From contig NC_043005.1 in the NCBI RefSeq assembly GCF_006345805.1, positions 26,722,001 through 26,786,000 of the forward strand: 64,000 nt of DNA. The letters run 5' to 3'. Position numbers and translations under genes: made by a program. Below the pieces are notes generated by a model. The model was not told the DNA's origin. It saw only the letters and a list, made by a program, of their open reading frames with translations, and did not search any database. The DNA comes from Octopus sinensis. Its lineage: Eukaryota. The stretch's first letter is position 1, and every line of letters begins with the position of its first letter. Of the stretch, positions 51,565-64,000 are shown piece after piece.

Positions 51565-52882
51565 AGGCAGAATCGTAAGACTGTCGAAAATAATAATGCC
51601 TTGCGTTATTCCTTTTGATTGGTATTTTCTGAGTTCAAACCCCGCCGACGTGAGGTCAGTTTTGCTTTTTATCATTTGGCGATCGATGAAATAAAGTACC
51701 GGTCATGAACTGGTGTTCATGGTGTCCGCTTAGCCCTACGCTTAAACATTTGCTGGTTCTGCATCTAAATTAGAAATCCTTTTTATCAGGTTCGAACGAA
51801 AACAAGGATTAATTGCGTTGTTGTTGTTGTTGTTGTTGTTTGTTTAACTTCCAACTCAGACTGAACCTGATGATCAGAGGCGTTCCAGTATCTGACTTTC
51901 TGTCATTCTTTCAGGTAAACAAGGCGATGAGTTGGAAGAATCGGTGAGCTCGCAGAACCGGCAAAATTCTAGCCAGCATCTCTTCCGGTTTTACGTCCTG
52001 AGTTCAAATTTCACAAAGAACGATTTTGCCTCTGAACACCAGCGACGATGTAATCGACTGTCCCCCTCCTCCAAAACTTCAGACCATGTGCCTTGGAGAA
52101 AAAGTATTATTGCTGTTGTTTTGTTGTTATTGCTACTATTGTTGTTGTGGAGGCGCAATGGCCCAGTGGTTAGGGCAGCGGACTCGCGGTCATAGGATCG
52201 CGGTTTCGATTCCCAGACCGGGCGTTGTGAGTGTTTATTGAGCGAAAACACTTAAAGCTCCACGAGGCTCCGGCAGGGGATGGTGGTGATCCCTGCTGTA
52301 CTCTTTCACCACAACTTTCTCTCACTCTTACTCCCTGTTTCTGTTGTACCTGTATTTCAAAGGGCCGGCCTTGTCACTCTCTGTGTCACGCTGAATATCC
52401 CCGAGAACTACGTTAAGGGTACACGTGTCTGTGGAGTGCTCAGCCACTTACACTTTAATTTCACGAGCAGGCTGTTCCGTTGATTCGGATCAACCGGAAC
52501 CCTCGTCGTGGTAACCGACGGAGTGCTTCCATCCACTATTGTTGTTACTCTCTTAGTAAGTTAGCACCCGTGTTACGCCCTGCTCGTTTGTTATTGCTAG
52601 ATCAAGTTACACATGAGTTTGAGTATATATATGTTCTTTTCTACTGTAGGGAGAAGACCCGAAATTTTGGAGGAGGGGCCAATTGATTAGATCGATCCTA
52701 GTACGCAACTGCTACTTAATTTATCAAACCTGAAAGGATGAAAGACAAAGCCGACCTCGGCGGAATTTGAACTCCGAAATACTTATTTCTTTACTGCCCA
52801 CAAGGGGCTACACACAGAGGGGACAAACAAGGACAGACAAACGGATAAGTAGATTATATCGACCCCAGTGCGTAACTGGTAC

Positions 52883-52888
<6 letters not shown>
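51565..52888. mobile_element. SINE cluster: decayed OK-like (51565-51790, 51925-52110), full OR1-like (52146-52530, +), OK-like (52665-52888, -)
   Basis: GAGTTCAAA/CTTTCATCC motifs; GGAGGCGCAATGGCCCAGTGGTTAGGGCAGCGG head. Confidence 0.8.
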
Positions 52889-52962
<74 letters not shown>

Positions 52963-53064
52963 ATTAATCAATATAGGGTGGCAAAAAATTTTGTAGAATT
53001 TTTTTGCCACCAGCGGCCTAGTGGGAAAAAAATTAAATAGTCATAGACCATTTTTAAGTTCAAC

Positions 53065-53504
53065 ATCACAATCAAGGAACGGCCATAATAGGCCATTCAC
53101 CCACTAGAAATAACAGCCAATTATGAATTTTCTGGTTAATTCCGTAATGGAATCGGCGGCTTATATTTATTTGCTGCCGATAAATTTGGCGCGAGTGCGA
53201 TGATTTGAAAATTTTAGGTCAGATATTGCCGAGGCAGGGACGGGAATGCCTCGTGAAAAATATCTGTTCCGACTTGGCTATTTCTTACTGATGAATCTAA
53301 GGGCCTATGGTAGATTGGCTTGATTTAATTTAATCAGGTTAGTTTACCATTAAACAGTAGATGAAACGGTGCATCGTATAAGAAATACAGGGTAAATGTT
53401 TTTTTAATTTTCTCCTGGTTTACGGAATTGATGTTATTTTGCGGTTGAAGCTTTTGGCTGTTATTTCTAGTGGGTGAATGGCCTATTATGGCCGTTCCTT
53501 GATT

Positions 53505-53509
<5 letters not shown>
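53065..53509 (+). mobile_element. 445-bp non-coding foldback element with 56-bp perfect terminal inverted repeats and an internal hammerhead
   Basis: 53065-53120 is the exact reverse complement of 53454-53509; the right end abuts (TA)n. Confidence 0.9.
53279..53387 (+). ncRNA. Complete type I hammerhead ribozyme, predicted cleavage after GUA at 53378
   Basis: Stem I TATTTCTTA/TAAGAAATA (9 bp), CTGATGA, stem II ATCTA/TAGAT extended by a 19-bp hairpin, GAAA, stem III ACG-GTGCAT-CGT, A17. Confidence 0.85.
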
Positions 53510-53543
<34 letters not shown>

Positions 53544-53544
53544 T

Positions 53545-53756
53545 CAAGGGCAGCGAGCTGGCAGAAACGTTAGCATGCCGGGCGAAATGCTTGGCGGTAT
53601 TTCATCTGCCGCTACGTTGTGAGTTCAAATTCCGCCGAGGTCGGCTTTGCCTTTCATCCTTTCGGGGTCGATTAAATAAAGTACCGTTACGCACTGGGAT
53701 AATCTACTTAATCCGTTTGTCTGTCCTTGTTTGTCCCCTCTGTGTGTAGCCCCTTA
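53545..53756 (+). mobile_element. OK-like SINE
   Basis: AAGGGCAGCGAGCTGGCAGAAACGTTAGC head. Confidence 0.85.
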
Positions 53757-53786
53757 TATCATATATATATATATATATATATATAT

Positions 53787-56740
53787 ACTTTATTTAAAGC
53801 AGCAGAAAATTCAACAAAATCTGTTACTCTGAGTTTCTCGTTGCCGTACATCAGACAGTTTTTGCTAGAATGGAACCGATATATTCAATTCAATCAGACT
53901 CTTACAAACGCTACACCTTTAAAAAGAAATGGACTTGTTTGATTGGCCCTTTAGAAAAAACGGTCAATCTCGAGCGATAAACAAAAAGGTCAAAAAATAT
54001 TGTATATATATATAAAACTTATAAAATTATAAAAATTCGAGAAAAAACCTTACATTGAATAAATACATATGAATTAATGAATTAAAAGAAAGTATTAATT
54101 AAAGCTTAGAAATTAAACCTATTATAAATATTACACTGCAATACATATTTATGTTAACGTGTACATATATATATCAACATACACAGAAGGGTGCTTGCAA
54201 ACGCCATACATATACAGACGTATAAATATAAATCTGAAATATACACATAAATGCATGCGTACATATATTTACGCAATCCATCTCGCACGCAATTTAAAAT
54301 CATCTATGTAGCGATTCTCATATACTGAGTAAGGGGGGGACGAAAGAAAGGAAGAGAGAGAAAAAGGAACGAAGAAGGGGGAAGGAAAAAAGAAAAAAGA
54401 AAAAGGAGGGGTGGGGAAAAAACGAAATAAGAAAAATTATGTATACAAGCTATGTAACGGCATTATTGACATGTATGGAGACATGTATACAAATACACAA
54501 GCTCGAATGGATACATACACATACAGTCGTGTATATGTGTGCTTAAGCACAAACACACGTCCACTTACACATACACAGATACGCATGCTTACAAATACAT
54601 ATCCATGGCTATACACATATATAAAATTCTAATTTTTGACAACATTGCTTTTTTTTAAAGAAATGGGTGCAATAATAAAAAATATATACGAAAGACATAT
54701 AAAATAAAATATAACACCCTATTTTGGATCATCTATAAAAAATCAAGGTAATCCTATACAATACAATAATTTGAAATAAACAAATTCGAAGGTTTTTCCT
54801 CATGTATATGTCGAAACATAAGACTTTGCTATACGGATTAAAATCTGTATAACGCGGAACAAAATCCATCGTAGCGCTCACAGCTCAAGAGTCAAAATCA
54901 AAATTTCAAAAATCAAAAATACAAAATATATACTCTATCCATATGGTATATTTATATTCGACATTTTAAATTTAGCCGCGTGCCTACATAAGTTCATTAG
55001 CCCACTTCTTTGATTCAAAGAATTATTGTCTTTGAATAAAATGTACATTTTTTTAATAATAAGCAAAGTTTGCACTTGAAATTATTTTTGTATGCTCCAT
55101 GCCTGTATGGTGCCGCCCTGTCCAGAATGCTCCATGTCACGTTGAAAGGTGGGCTTCCTTTTTCTTTTAGTTCCCAGACATATTTGCTAGGCTGGTCCTC
55201 TTCCTATTCTCTGGGTATTTAAATGAATTTTTATGAGAATAAAATCTTGTTTTAAATGAATTTTCTGAAGCCCCTGTGTATTCCGATGAGCCTTCTACTT
55301 GCACCTTGGCTCTATAAACTACTCCTTTCACTAGACATTTCCCTTCTAACGGACAGGAGCTTTCGTTTTTGAAATTGCATTTCTTAATGGGCTCGGCACC
55401 ATGTCTAATCTCAATTAGCTTCCTATTATGCTGGCTAATGTAAGAGGCGAAATTTCTGCAACAAGAATAGCTAACCTTCATGGTTCTTCTATTAAATATC
55501 CTATAGAATTTATGACCCTGCTTAAAATGCTTAGAGACTAATCTCAAAAATTCCTTACCTATATTAGTCTTTACGGCCAAATTGAAAGCCGGGTTGAACC
55601 ACAAAACTTTCCTGGTCCTAGTTCTTCGTGCAGCATTATTATCAGCATTAAGTTGGTTGTACTGGATCTTCTCAGAGAATCCACTATTCTTTAATGCGCT
55701 ATCGTAATAAGGTGCAGCATTATGGAATGCTGCCTCGTCCGAAGAAATTGAAGATATTCTTCTACCTACATTGCTGACTAAGTTCCTAAGGATAACTGGT
55801 GGATGGTTCGAATCTTTGCTAATATACGATAGCTTTTCATTGGGCTTACGGAAAGGTTTAAATCTATCCGACCTTACATTAAAATTTACGTCTAAAAAAT
55901 CTACACTATTCAGGTTAGCATCTATCGTAACCCGTAAGCCCATCCTTTGAAAGAAAGCAATGAGGGTCCTTCCTAAGTCTATCTGATTCATGGCCGTTTA
56001 GATTATGCATGGCTATAAGGCCGTCATCCCTATATAAACCTGCATCTATAAATGGGAATTCTATTTTTAGATTATGGAGAATAAAGGCTCCTATGAGCAT
56101 ACATAACTCAGCCCGTCGTATGCCCCCCATCGGTACATCGAAAAGAGAATCCTCAGTCTTCTTAATCCAGGTGGAATCCTCGAAAAAAGAAGCGATTTCC
56201 TCGCATGCATAATAATATCAATTCCGAGCTATCGATGTTGACATACTGCTTGGCGAAGTCCAATGCCCTTAGGAGCAACGTCCTAGATATTGACGGGTAA
56301 AAGTCAATAATGTCGAATTGTGTGAAACTACAATTATTCTTATAGCTAATACCTTTAAACCACTCTATGACCGACTTACTATTCTTCCAAATTCTCAAGT
56401 CTACTTCACTATCTAACTTAACTAAAATACGGTCCAAATATATTTGCGAATAATTCCTATCTCAGTTCAGTTTTAGCCGGATTTATCAATCTACATTTGG
56501 GTTTCTACTAAAATTGGCTTTATGGTCTTTCAGAGCAATAAAAGCTGGTCGTGGTGAAAGATATTCAATCCTATCGCTAATCTTAAGATCGTTAGCTATT
56601 CCTCTTGCTTCTAAGTTCACCTCTTTGTATATATTCGTGTTGTCTTTTTTGTATGTGTCTGTGACACTATTCGAAATCAGGCGTTTATAAACGTCCTTAT
56701 CAAGTTCCTTGTCAAATTCCTGCATATAAGTTCCTTGTCT
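53787..56740 (-). mobile_element. 5'-truncated PLE, second family: RT + GIY-YIG pseudogene (56740 to ~54950), long 3' UTR, decayed terminal HHR (53816-53863)
   Basis: FIALKDHK..F, QFDIIDFYPSI, MGGIRRAELCMLIG, GLYRDDGL, VDFLDV, HPPVIL, CPLEGKCLVKGVVYRA..YTGASENSFKTRFYSH. Terminal AAAACTGT CTGATG..GAAAC TCAGA GTA ACAGATTTT. Confidence 0.88.
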
Positions 56741-56869
56741 TATCAGAATTAACGAAATATATATATATATATATTACCGTGATCACCGTGACTGACCAGG
56801 CTATCAGATGTTGCTACACATCGCTGGCCACAATGCGCTTCACATTGTTTTAGCATTGTTTTAGGCGAA

Positions 56870-57058
56870 GAAGAACGAGTGAGAGAAACTTGTGGTGAAA
56901 GAGTACAGCAGGGATCACCACCACCCCCTGTCGGAGCCTCGTGGAACTTTAGGTGTTTTCGTTCAATAAACACTCACAACGCCCGGTCTGGGAATCGAAA
57001 CCGCGATCCTACAAACTCGAGTCCGCTGCCCTAACTACTGAGCAATTGCACCTCCACC
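56870..57058 (-). mobile_element. OR1-like SINE, 5' half
   Basis: CAACGCCCGGTCTGGGAATCGAAACCGCGATCC..GCTGCCCTAAC. Confidence 0.85.
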
Positions 57059-57085
57059 ATATCTATCTATCTATCTATCTATCTC

Positions 57086-57118
<33 letters not shown>

Positions 57119-57138
57119 TCTATCTATCTATCTATCTA

Positions 57139-58315
57139 TCTATATATATATATATATAAATTATATATCAAACTGAGAATATGTGTCTGTCTGTTTGTTT
57201 CCTAAAACTTGAGAACTACGCAACCAATTTCATTCAAATTTTACACCATGCCTTACTTAGTGTCCGGGGAGTGTCATCAGCAAAAAAATTTTTTTAGCTT
57301 TTTGCCTAGGGCGAGCCCACAGCAATATCATATCTTCTCCACTACGATTCCCTAAAACTTGAAACTACACAACCAATTCCATTCAAATTTTACAACATGC
57401 CTTACTTAGGGTCCACGTAGTGTCATGGGCAACTTCTTGCCTAGAGCGAGCCCATAGCAATACCATATTCTTCTCCACTATTTCAGTATTACGCGCTTAA
57501 AAGTGAAACAAAGCGTTTCTCTATTTTATGTCAGTACTTTCACTTTAATAATAAAAATAATAATACAATTGATTATATGTAGTAGGTAATAATTACAATC
57601 AAACTAAAGTATAATATATCGTACATAACAAAAGTAAAAACTAGCAATTGGTATAAAATTGCATCAATGACTTGAACTTGAATAAGTGGTTTCACATGAA
57701 TGGGAATAAATTAAAAATAAAATTAGCGTGCAGAAATGGAATAGTCCAGATGTAATAAAAAATTAAATTAAAGAAAAGATATTGTCAATAAGTATACAAT
57801 GTAGAGAAAAAAGAAGATTTGAACACATGGAGGAATTACCCTTCGAAAAGTGTCTTGGTGCGACTATGAAAGGTATCTATCAGAGCCGGTAATTCGCCAC
57901 AATAGAAGCAAGGTTCGAGTCAACGGAGCGTGCAAGGGAGTACTCGACTCGAACTTGCAAAGTGAAAATATTTTATTTTTCCCTTTATATCTGGGACGTC
58001 CCGGAAAAAAGTTTTAAAATGCCCCCCATCCCCATCCAGAAGTAGAGGTAGGCTGGATTGTAGCCACACTTCTATACAAGAGGGAGGACAAGATACAATT
58101 GATCGAAATTACAAGGGACGGGCTAACAATTCCTGTCTGTTATATATTTTGAGTATTGTTATCACTAGCGATATCAGATATAAACTTTGTATTTTGTATT
58201 TTATGTGTGCTATATATAATATATATATAGATGTACATGTAATATGTACACATATATACACATATATACATGCACTAGCACTATGACCCGCGCAACGACG
58301 GGTCTTTAATGCTAG
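57139..58315 (+). mobile_element. Non-autonomous Helitron, family N2, copy 1
   Basis: TC(TA)n..AAACTGAGAAT start; hairpin GACCCG..CGGGTC (58285-58304); CTAG|T end. Confidence 0.85.
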
Positions 58316-58536
58316 TATAATATATTTAATACTATTTTATAACTTCAAAGAACATCATATTTGTATATTATTGCTGTTGTGAATCATTAGTTTTGCTCGT
58401 ATTTTTCCAGCTATCTTTTATATTCGTAGCATTGCTTAGTCGACTATATTGGATTATTATCATATATCACACTTTCTACTTTTGATGACTCTAATATCGT
58501 ATCTGTAACATATATTTACTTTAACGTATCTGTACC

Positions 58537-58591
<55 letters not shown>

Positions 58592-58669
58592 CTATATATA
58601 TATTCTCTTTACAATTATATGAGAATTGAGTTCAAGTGAATGCATAGATTTTTATATATGAAAAAATCA

Positions 58670-59935
<1,266 letters not shown>

Positions 59936-60282
59936 TATATATATTTAATACTATTTTATAAACTTCAAAGAACATCATATTTTGTATATTATTGCTGTTG
60001 TGAATCATTAGTTTGCTCGTATTTTTCCAGCTATCTTTTATATTCGTAGCATTGCTTAGTCGACTATAGGGATTATTATCATATATCAAACGTTCTAGCT
60101 TTTGATGATCTATTCGTATCTGTAACATATATTACTTTAACGTATCTGTACCGTATATATATATATATATATATTATATATATTATATATATATATATAA
60201 TTATATATATATATATTCTCTTTACAATTATATGAGAATTGAGTTCAAGTGAATGCATAGATTTTTATATATGAAAAAATCA

Positions 60283-60345
<63 letters not shown>

Positions 60346-60842
60346 ATAACATTGATTAGAAAAGAAGCATCAAATTCGAGTCAACAACTTTATATAACAC
60401 CACGCTTCCATACATTTGATCATATATAAATATTAACATGGCCCTTAACATATAAAGAATACATATATAAAAAAAAAAACGCAGAATGTAAAAAATATGT
60501 ATGCAAATAAAATATTAGTACACAGAATGGCCTATCAAGAATTCTAATCCATAGAACGGTCTGTCGACTTAGAATTCTAAAGCGTGTCATGCGACTAAAA
60601 ATCTAAATAAAATAAGATATCAATCGACTAAAAAACATTTTCTTACTCCCCTGAAATAAAAATGTGTCAAAAAAGTTCATTTCATAAAAGCCAAGGTAGG
60701 TTGGAATCCAGGAGCTTAAGAGAGTTCCACAAAATCAAGTCAAACACATCTATGGCTATTTCGGGAGTTCACTGTCGCGGTTCGATTACGAGTTAAGGTA
60801 CATCTCGGCAACGAACCCTTCATCAGGATGAACAAGAATCTC

Positions 60843-61021
60843 AACAAGTGGAAAGATATATATTTCAACATGTAAATACTGAACAGTATATATAAAGGAT
60901 AAAATCCTTTTTAAGAGCAGAAAAATTTGGCGGCAAATTTTTCTGCTCTTAAAAAGGATTTTATCCTTTATATATACTGTTCAGTATTTACGTGTTGAAA
61001 AAAAACAACTTTCTACTTGTT
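60843..61021. repeat. ~180-bp near-perfect palindrome (67-bp arms, 4-nt loop)
   Basis: 60863-60929 vs 60934-61000 differ at one position; loop GCGG; outer 13-bp arms with one mismatch. Confidence 0.95.
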
Positions 61022-61324
61022 CTACAATACATTTCAACGCTTCAAAAACAAACTTATGTTTGTTTTGCCAACAAAGTGTAGCGTCCTGTACGGGACAGTG
61101 CTACTGACGTTTATAGCCCCAGGAAGACATCTATTCCAGCTGGCTAACGACACACATTACTGGAACTTCATCATGAACAATGTCCACCATAAACCACTAC
61201 AAAAATTTATTTTACAGTAATGTGTACACCTGAAAATATTGTTGCATTTCACGTGTTGCTCTGCGTTGAAATAATGCATTAAGGGCGATTTATTTCGTAG
61301 CAGCGGAAACTATTATTTTGTTTG

Positions 61325-61476
61325 TTGCATAGTAAGAAGCTTGCTTCCCAACCACATGGTTCCGGGTTCAGTCCCACTGCGTGACACCTTGGGCAAGTGC
61401 CTTCTACTATCGCTTTAGACCGACCAAAACCTTGTTAGTGGATATGGTAGACGGGAACTGGAAGAAGCCCGTCGTG

Positions 61477-61517
<41 letters not shown>

Positions 61518-61742
61518 TATATGCATATATTTGTGTGTCTGTGTTTGTCCGCCCCCGCCCCGCCATCGCTTCACAACCGATTTTGGTGTGTAACTTAGCG
61601 GGTCGGCAAGGGTGACCGATAGGATAAATACTAGGCTTAGAAAAAATAAGTCCTGCAGGCGATTTCTTCGACTAACAACCTTTAAGGAGCTGCTCCAGCA
61701 TGGCCGCAGTCTAATTACTGAATCAAGTAAAAGAATAAAAGA
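61325..61742 (+). mobile_element. OR2-like SINE, near full length
   Basis: GTAAGAAGCTTGCTTCCCAACCACATGGTTCCGGGTTCAGTCCC..CCAGCATGGCCGCAGTC..AAAAGAATAAAAGAA. Confidence 0.85.
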
Positions 61743-61829
61743 ACATTGTAGAGGTTGCTTACTTCATGGAATATCCGCGGGACCAGGCAGTTTTCGTTTT
61801 ATTTTATTTCATTTTATTTTATTCAAGGT

Positions 61830-62235
61830 GGCCAGTTCACAGAATAATAAGCGCGTCGTTAGCAGCATTTCGCTGAGTTCAAATCCCGCCCAGATTAACT
61901 TTGCTTTCATCCTTTCAGAATCGATAAGTACTGTTCAAGAACTGGGGTCTCTGTAAGCGATTTGCCCCCATCCCTTTAAAATTGCTAGTTTTGCGCCAAA
62001 ATTAGAAAAAATTATTACAATTAAGGCGGCGAGCTGGAAGAATCGTTAGCTCGTTCGACAAAATGCTTAGCAGCATTTCTTCCGGTTCTATACGATCTGA
62101 GTTCAAATATCGCCAAAGTGGGCTCTGCCTTTCATCTTTTCGAGGTCGATAACCAAAGTTCCAGTTGAACACTTGGGTTGATCTAATCAACTTCCCTCTC
62201 CCCTTAAAGAATTACTGTCTGTTGTCACAAATAGA
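61830..62235 (+). mobile_element. Two decayed OK-like SINEs
   Basis: GAGTTCAAAT..CTTTCATC motifs; AAGGCGGCGAGCTGG head at 62024. Confidence 0.7.
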
Positions 62236-62346
62236 AAGGGTTCTTCTTCTTCTTCTCTTCTTCTTCTTCTCTTCTTCTTCTTCTTCTTCTTCTTTTCTTC
62301 TTCTTTCTTCCTTCTTCTTTCTTCTTCTTCTTCTTCTTCTCTTCTT

Positions 62347-62446
62347 NNNNNNNNNNNNNNNNNNNNNNNNNNNNNNNNNNNNNNNNNNNNNNNNNNNNNN
62401 NNNNNNNNNNNNNNNNNNNNNNNNNNNNNNNNNNNNNNNNNNNNNN
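62347..62446. other. Assembly gap (100 N) between (CTT)n and (GA)n/(GACA)n/(GATA)n repeats
   Basis: Direct. Confidence 1.
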
Positions 62447-62482
<36 letters not shown>

Positions 62483-62586
62483 GAGAAAGAAAGAGATAGA
62501 CAAGACAGACAAATAGCTAGACAGACAGATTGACAGACAGACAGATAGACAGACAGATTGACAGACTGACAGACAGACAGACAGAC

Positions 62587-62656
<70 letters not shown>

Positions 62657-62914
62657 CATTTCTTAAGGCCAACCCGATGAAAGTCATACAAAAGTATATA
62701 ACTTTTGTCAGTGGTTTGTATTACTACCAGGTATTTGAATGTATCCGGTTAGGACCCCTCCGGGCATTTCTTCGAGAAGGGATCTTAACCATGACATTAA
62801 AATACCGGGTTATCATATAAGCCATCGCCTTGTTTAATTAATTTTCTATAAATTGAATCGTTTTAGCTTTATGTAGAAAATATTCAAAACTGTTATTACT
62901 TGTTAGTACAACGA

Positions 62915-62962
<48 letters not shown>

Positions 62963-63259
62963 CAGGAAGTAAGGAAGGAAGGAAGAAAGAATGAAAAAGA
63001 TTGTCATTATGTCCGCCGTCCCCTGTCTCACATCGTCTCCCGTAAAGATTACCATTGTGTGTGTGTGTGTGTGTGCAGGGGAGGGGAAATTCAATAAAAG
63101 ATATGGGATTCACCTTTGACCTTGAAGAAAGACATGAAAATAGTATCGTTAGACTAGATGTGCAAAATGAATGGCGATAGGACAAAAGTGACCTCTGGTC
63201 AGTCAACGTGTCACCTGGTTATTTAAGTGGCCATTGTCTCTTACGGATGTTTGATTATA

Positions 63260-63850
63260 AAGGCGGCGAGCTGGTAGAAACGTTAGCACGCCGGATAAAA
63301 TGCTTAGCGAGATTTCGTCCGTCTTCACGGTCTGAGTTCAAATTCCGCCGAGGTCGACTTTGTCTTTCATCCTTTCGGGCTCGATAAAATAAGAACTAGT
63401 TGAACATTGGGGTTGATGTAATCGACTTAAGCGTTCCCTAAAACTGCTGGCCTTGTGCCAAAATTTGAAATCAATAAGGCGGCGAGCTGGCAGAATCGTT
63501 AACACGCCCGTATGTTCTGAGTTCAAATTCCACTGAAGTCGACCTTGCCTTTCATCCTTTCGAAGTCGATAAATTAAGTACCAGTTGCGTACTGCGGTCG
63601 ACCTAATCAACTAGCTCCCCACCCCAAAAAAATTCGGGCCTTGTGCCTAGAGTAGAAAAAATCGTTAGCACGTTCGATAAAATGCTTGGCCAAAATGCTT
63701 GGCCCGTCGCTACGTTCTGAGTTCAAATTCCGCCGAGGTTGACGTTACTTTTTACCCTTTAGGGCTTGATAAAATAAGTTCCAGTTAAAAACACTGTGTT
63801 CAATGTAATCGACTAGTCCCCCACCAAAAGAACTTCCAGGCCTTGTGCCT
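63260..63850 (+). mobile_element. Three consecutive OK-like SINE copies
   Basis: AAGGCGGCGAGCTGG heads at ~63260 and ~63477; a headless copy from ~63662. Confidence 0.85.
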
Positions 63851-64000
63851 TCCTTTTGTTGAAAGATTGTTATTGCAACCGTCTTTCGCGTTTAAAACGT
63901 GATATGGTTGAAATGGGCAACCATATCACCGAAGTAATAATGGTGATGACACCGACGACGATGATGACAATGATGATGATGATAATGATGACCTCGACTA

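Overview
Repeat-saturated, AT-rich eukaryotic DNA, most likely from an octopod cephalopod (Octopus). This is inferred from the tRNA-derived SINE families and the dense TA/TATC/TACA/TAA microsatellites. No host protein-coding gene is recognisable, so the window is intergenic or a large intron, and most long ORFs in the track are microsatellite read-through. Recognisable elements: several Penelope-like elements (PLEs; RT + GIY-YIG), two Tx1/L1-like LINE copies, three Dong/R4-type RLE-LINE fragments, a CR1-like endonuclease fragment, a Tc1 element and mariner pieces, one end-to-end Buster/Charlie-type hAT element, two non-autonomous Helitron families and many SINEs. The main unexplained signal is roughly 17 type I hammerhead-ribozyme (HHR) motifs that I folded by eye. 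Two of them sit in short, young, non-coding, highly structured elements: 53065-53509 (complete canonical-core HHR inside a 56-bp perfect inverted repeat) and 31277-31941 (362-nt unit, tandem plus inverted, with the inversion junction at the predicted cleavage site). These are candidate retrozyme-like or circular-RNA-forming elements. The window also suggests microsatellite-specific targeting: Tx1 into (TATC)n, Dong and a short tRNA-SINE into (TAA)n, PLE ends into (TA)n. All family assignments come from motif recognition; no database search or folding program was run.
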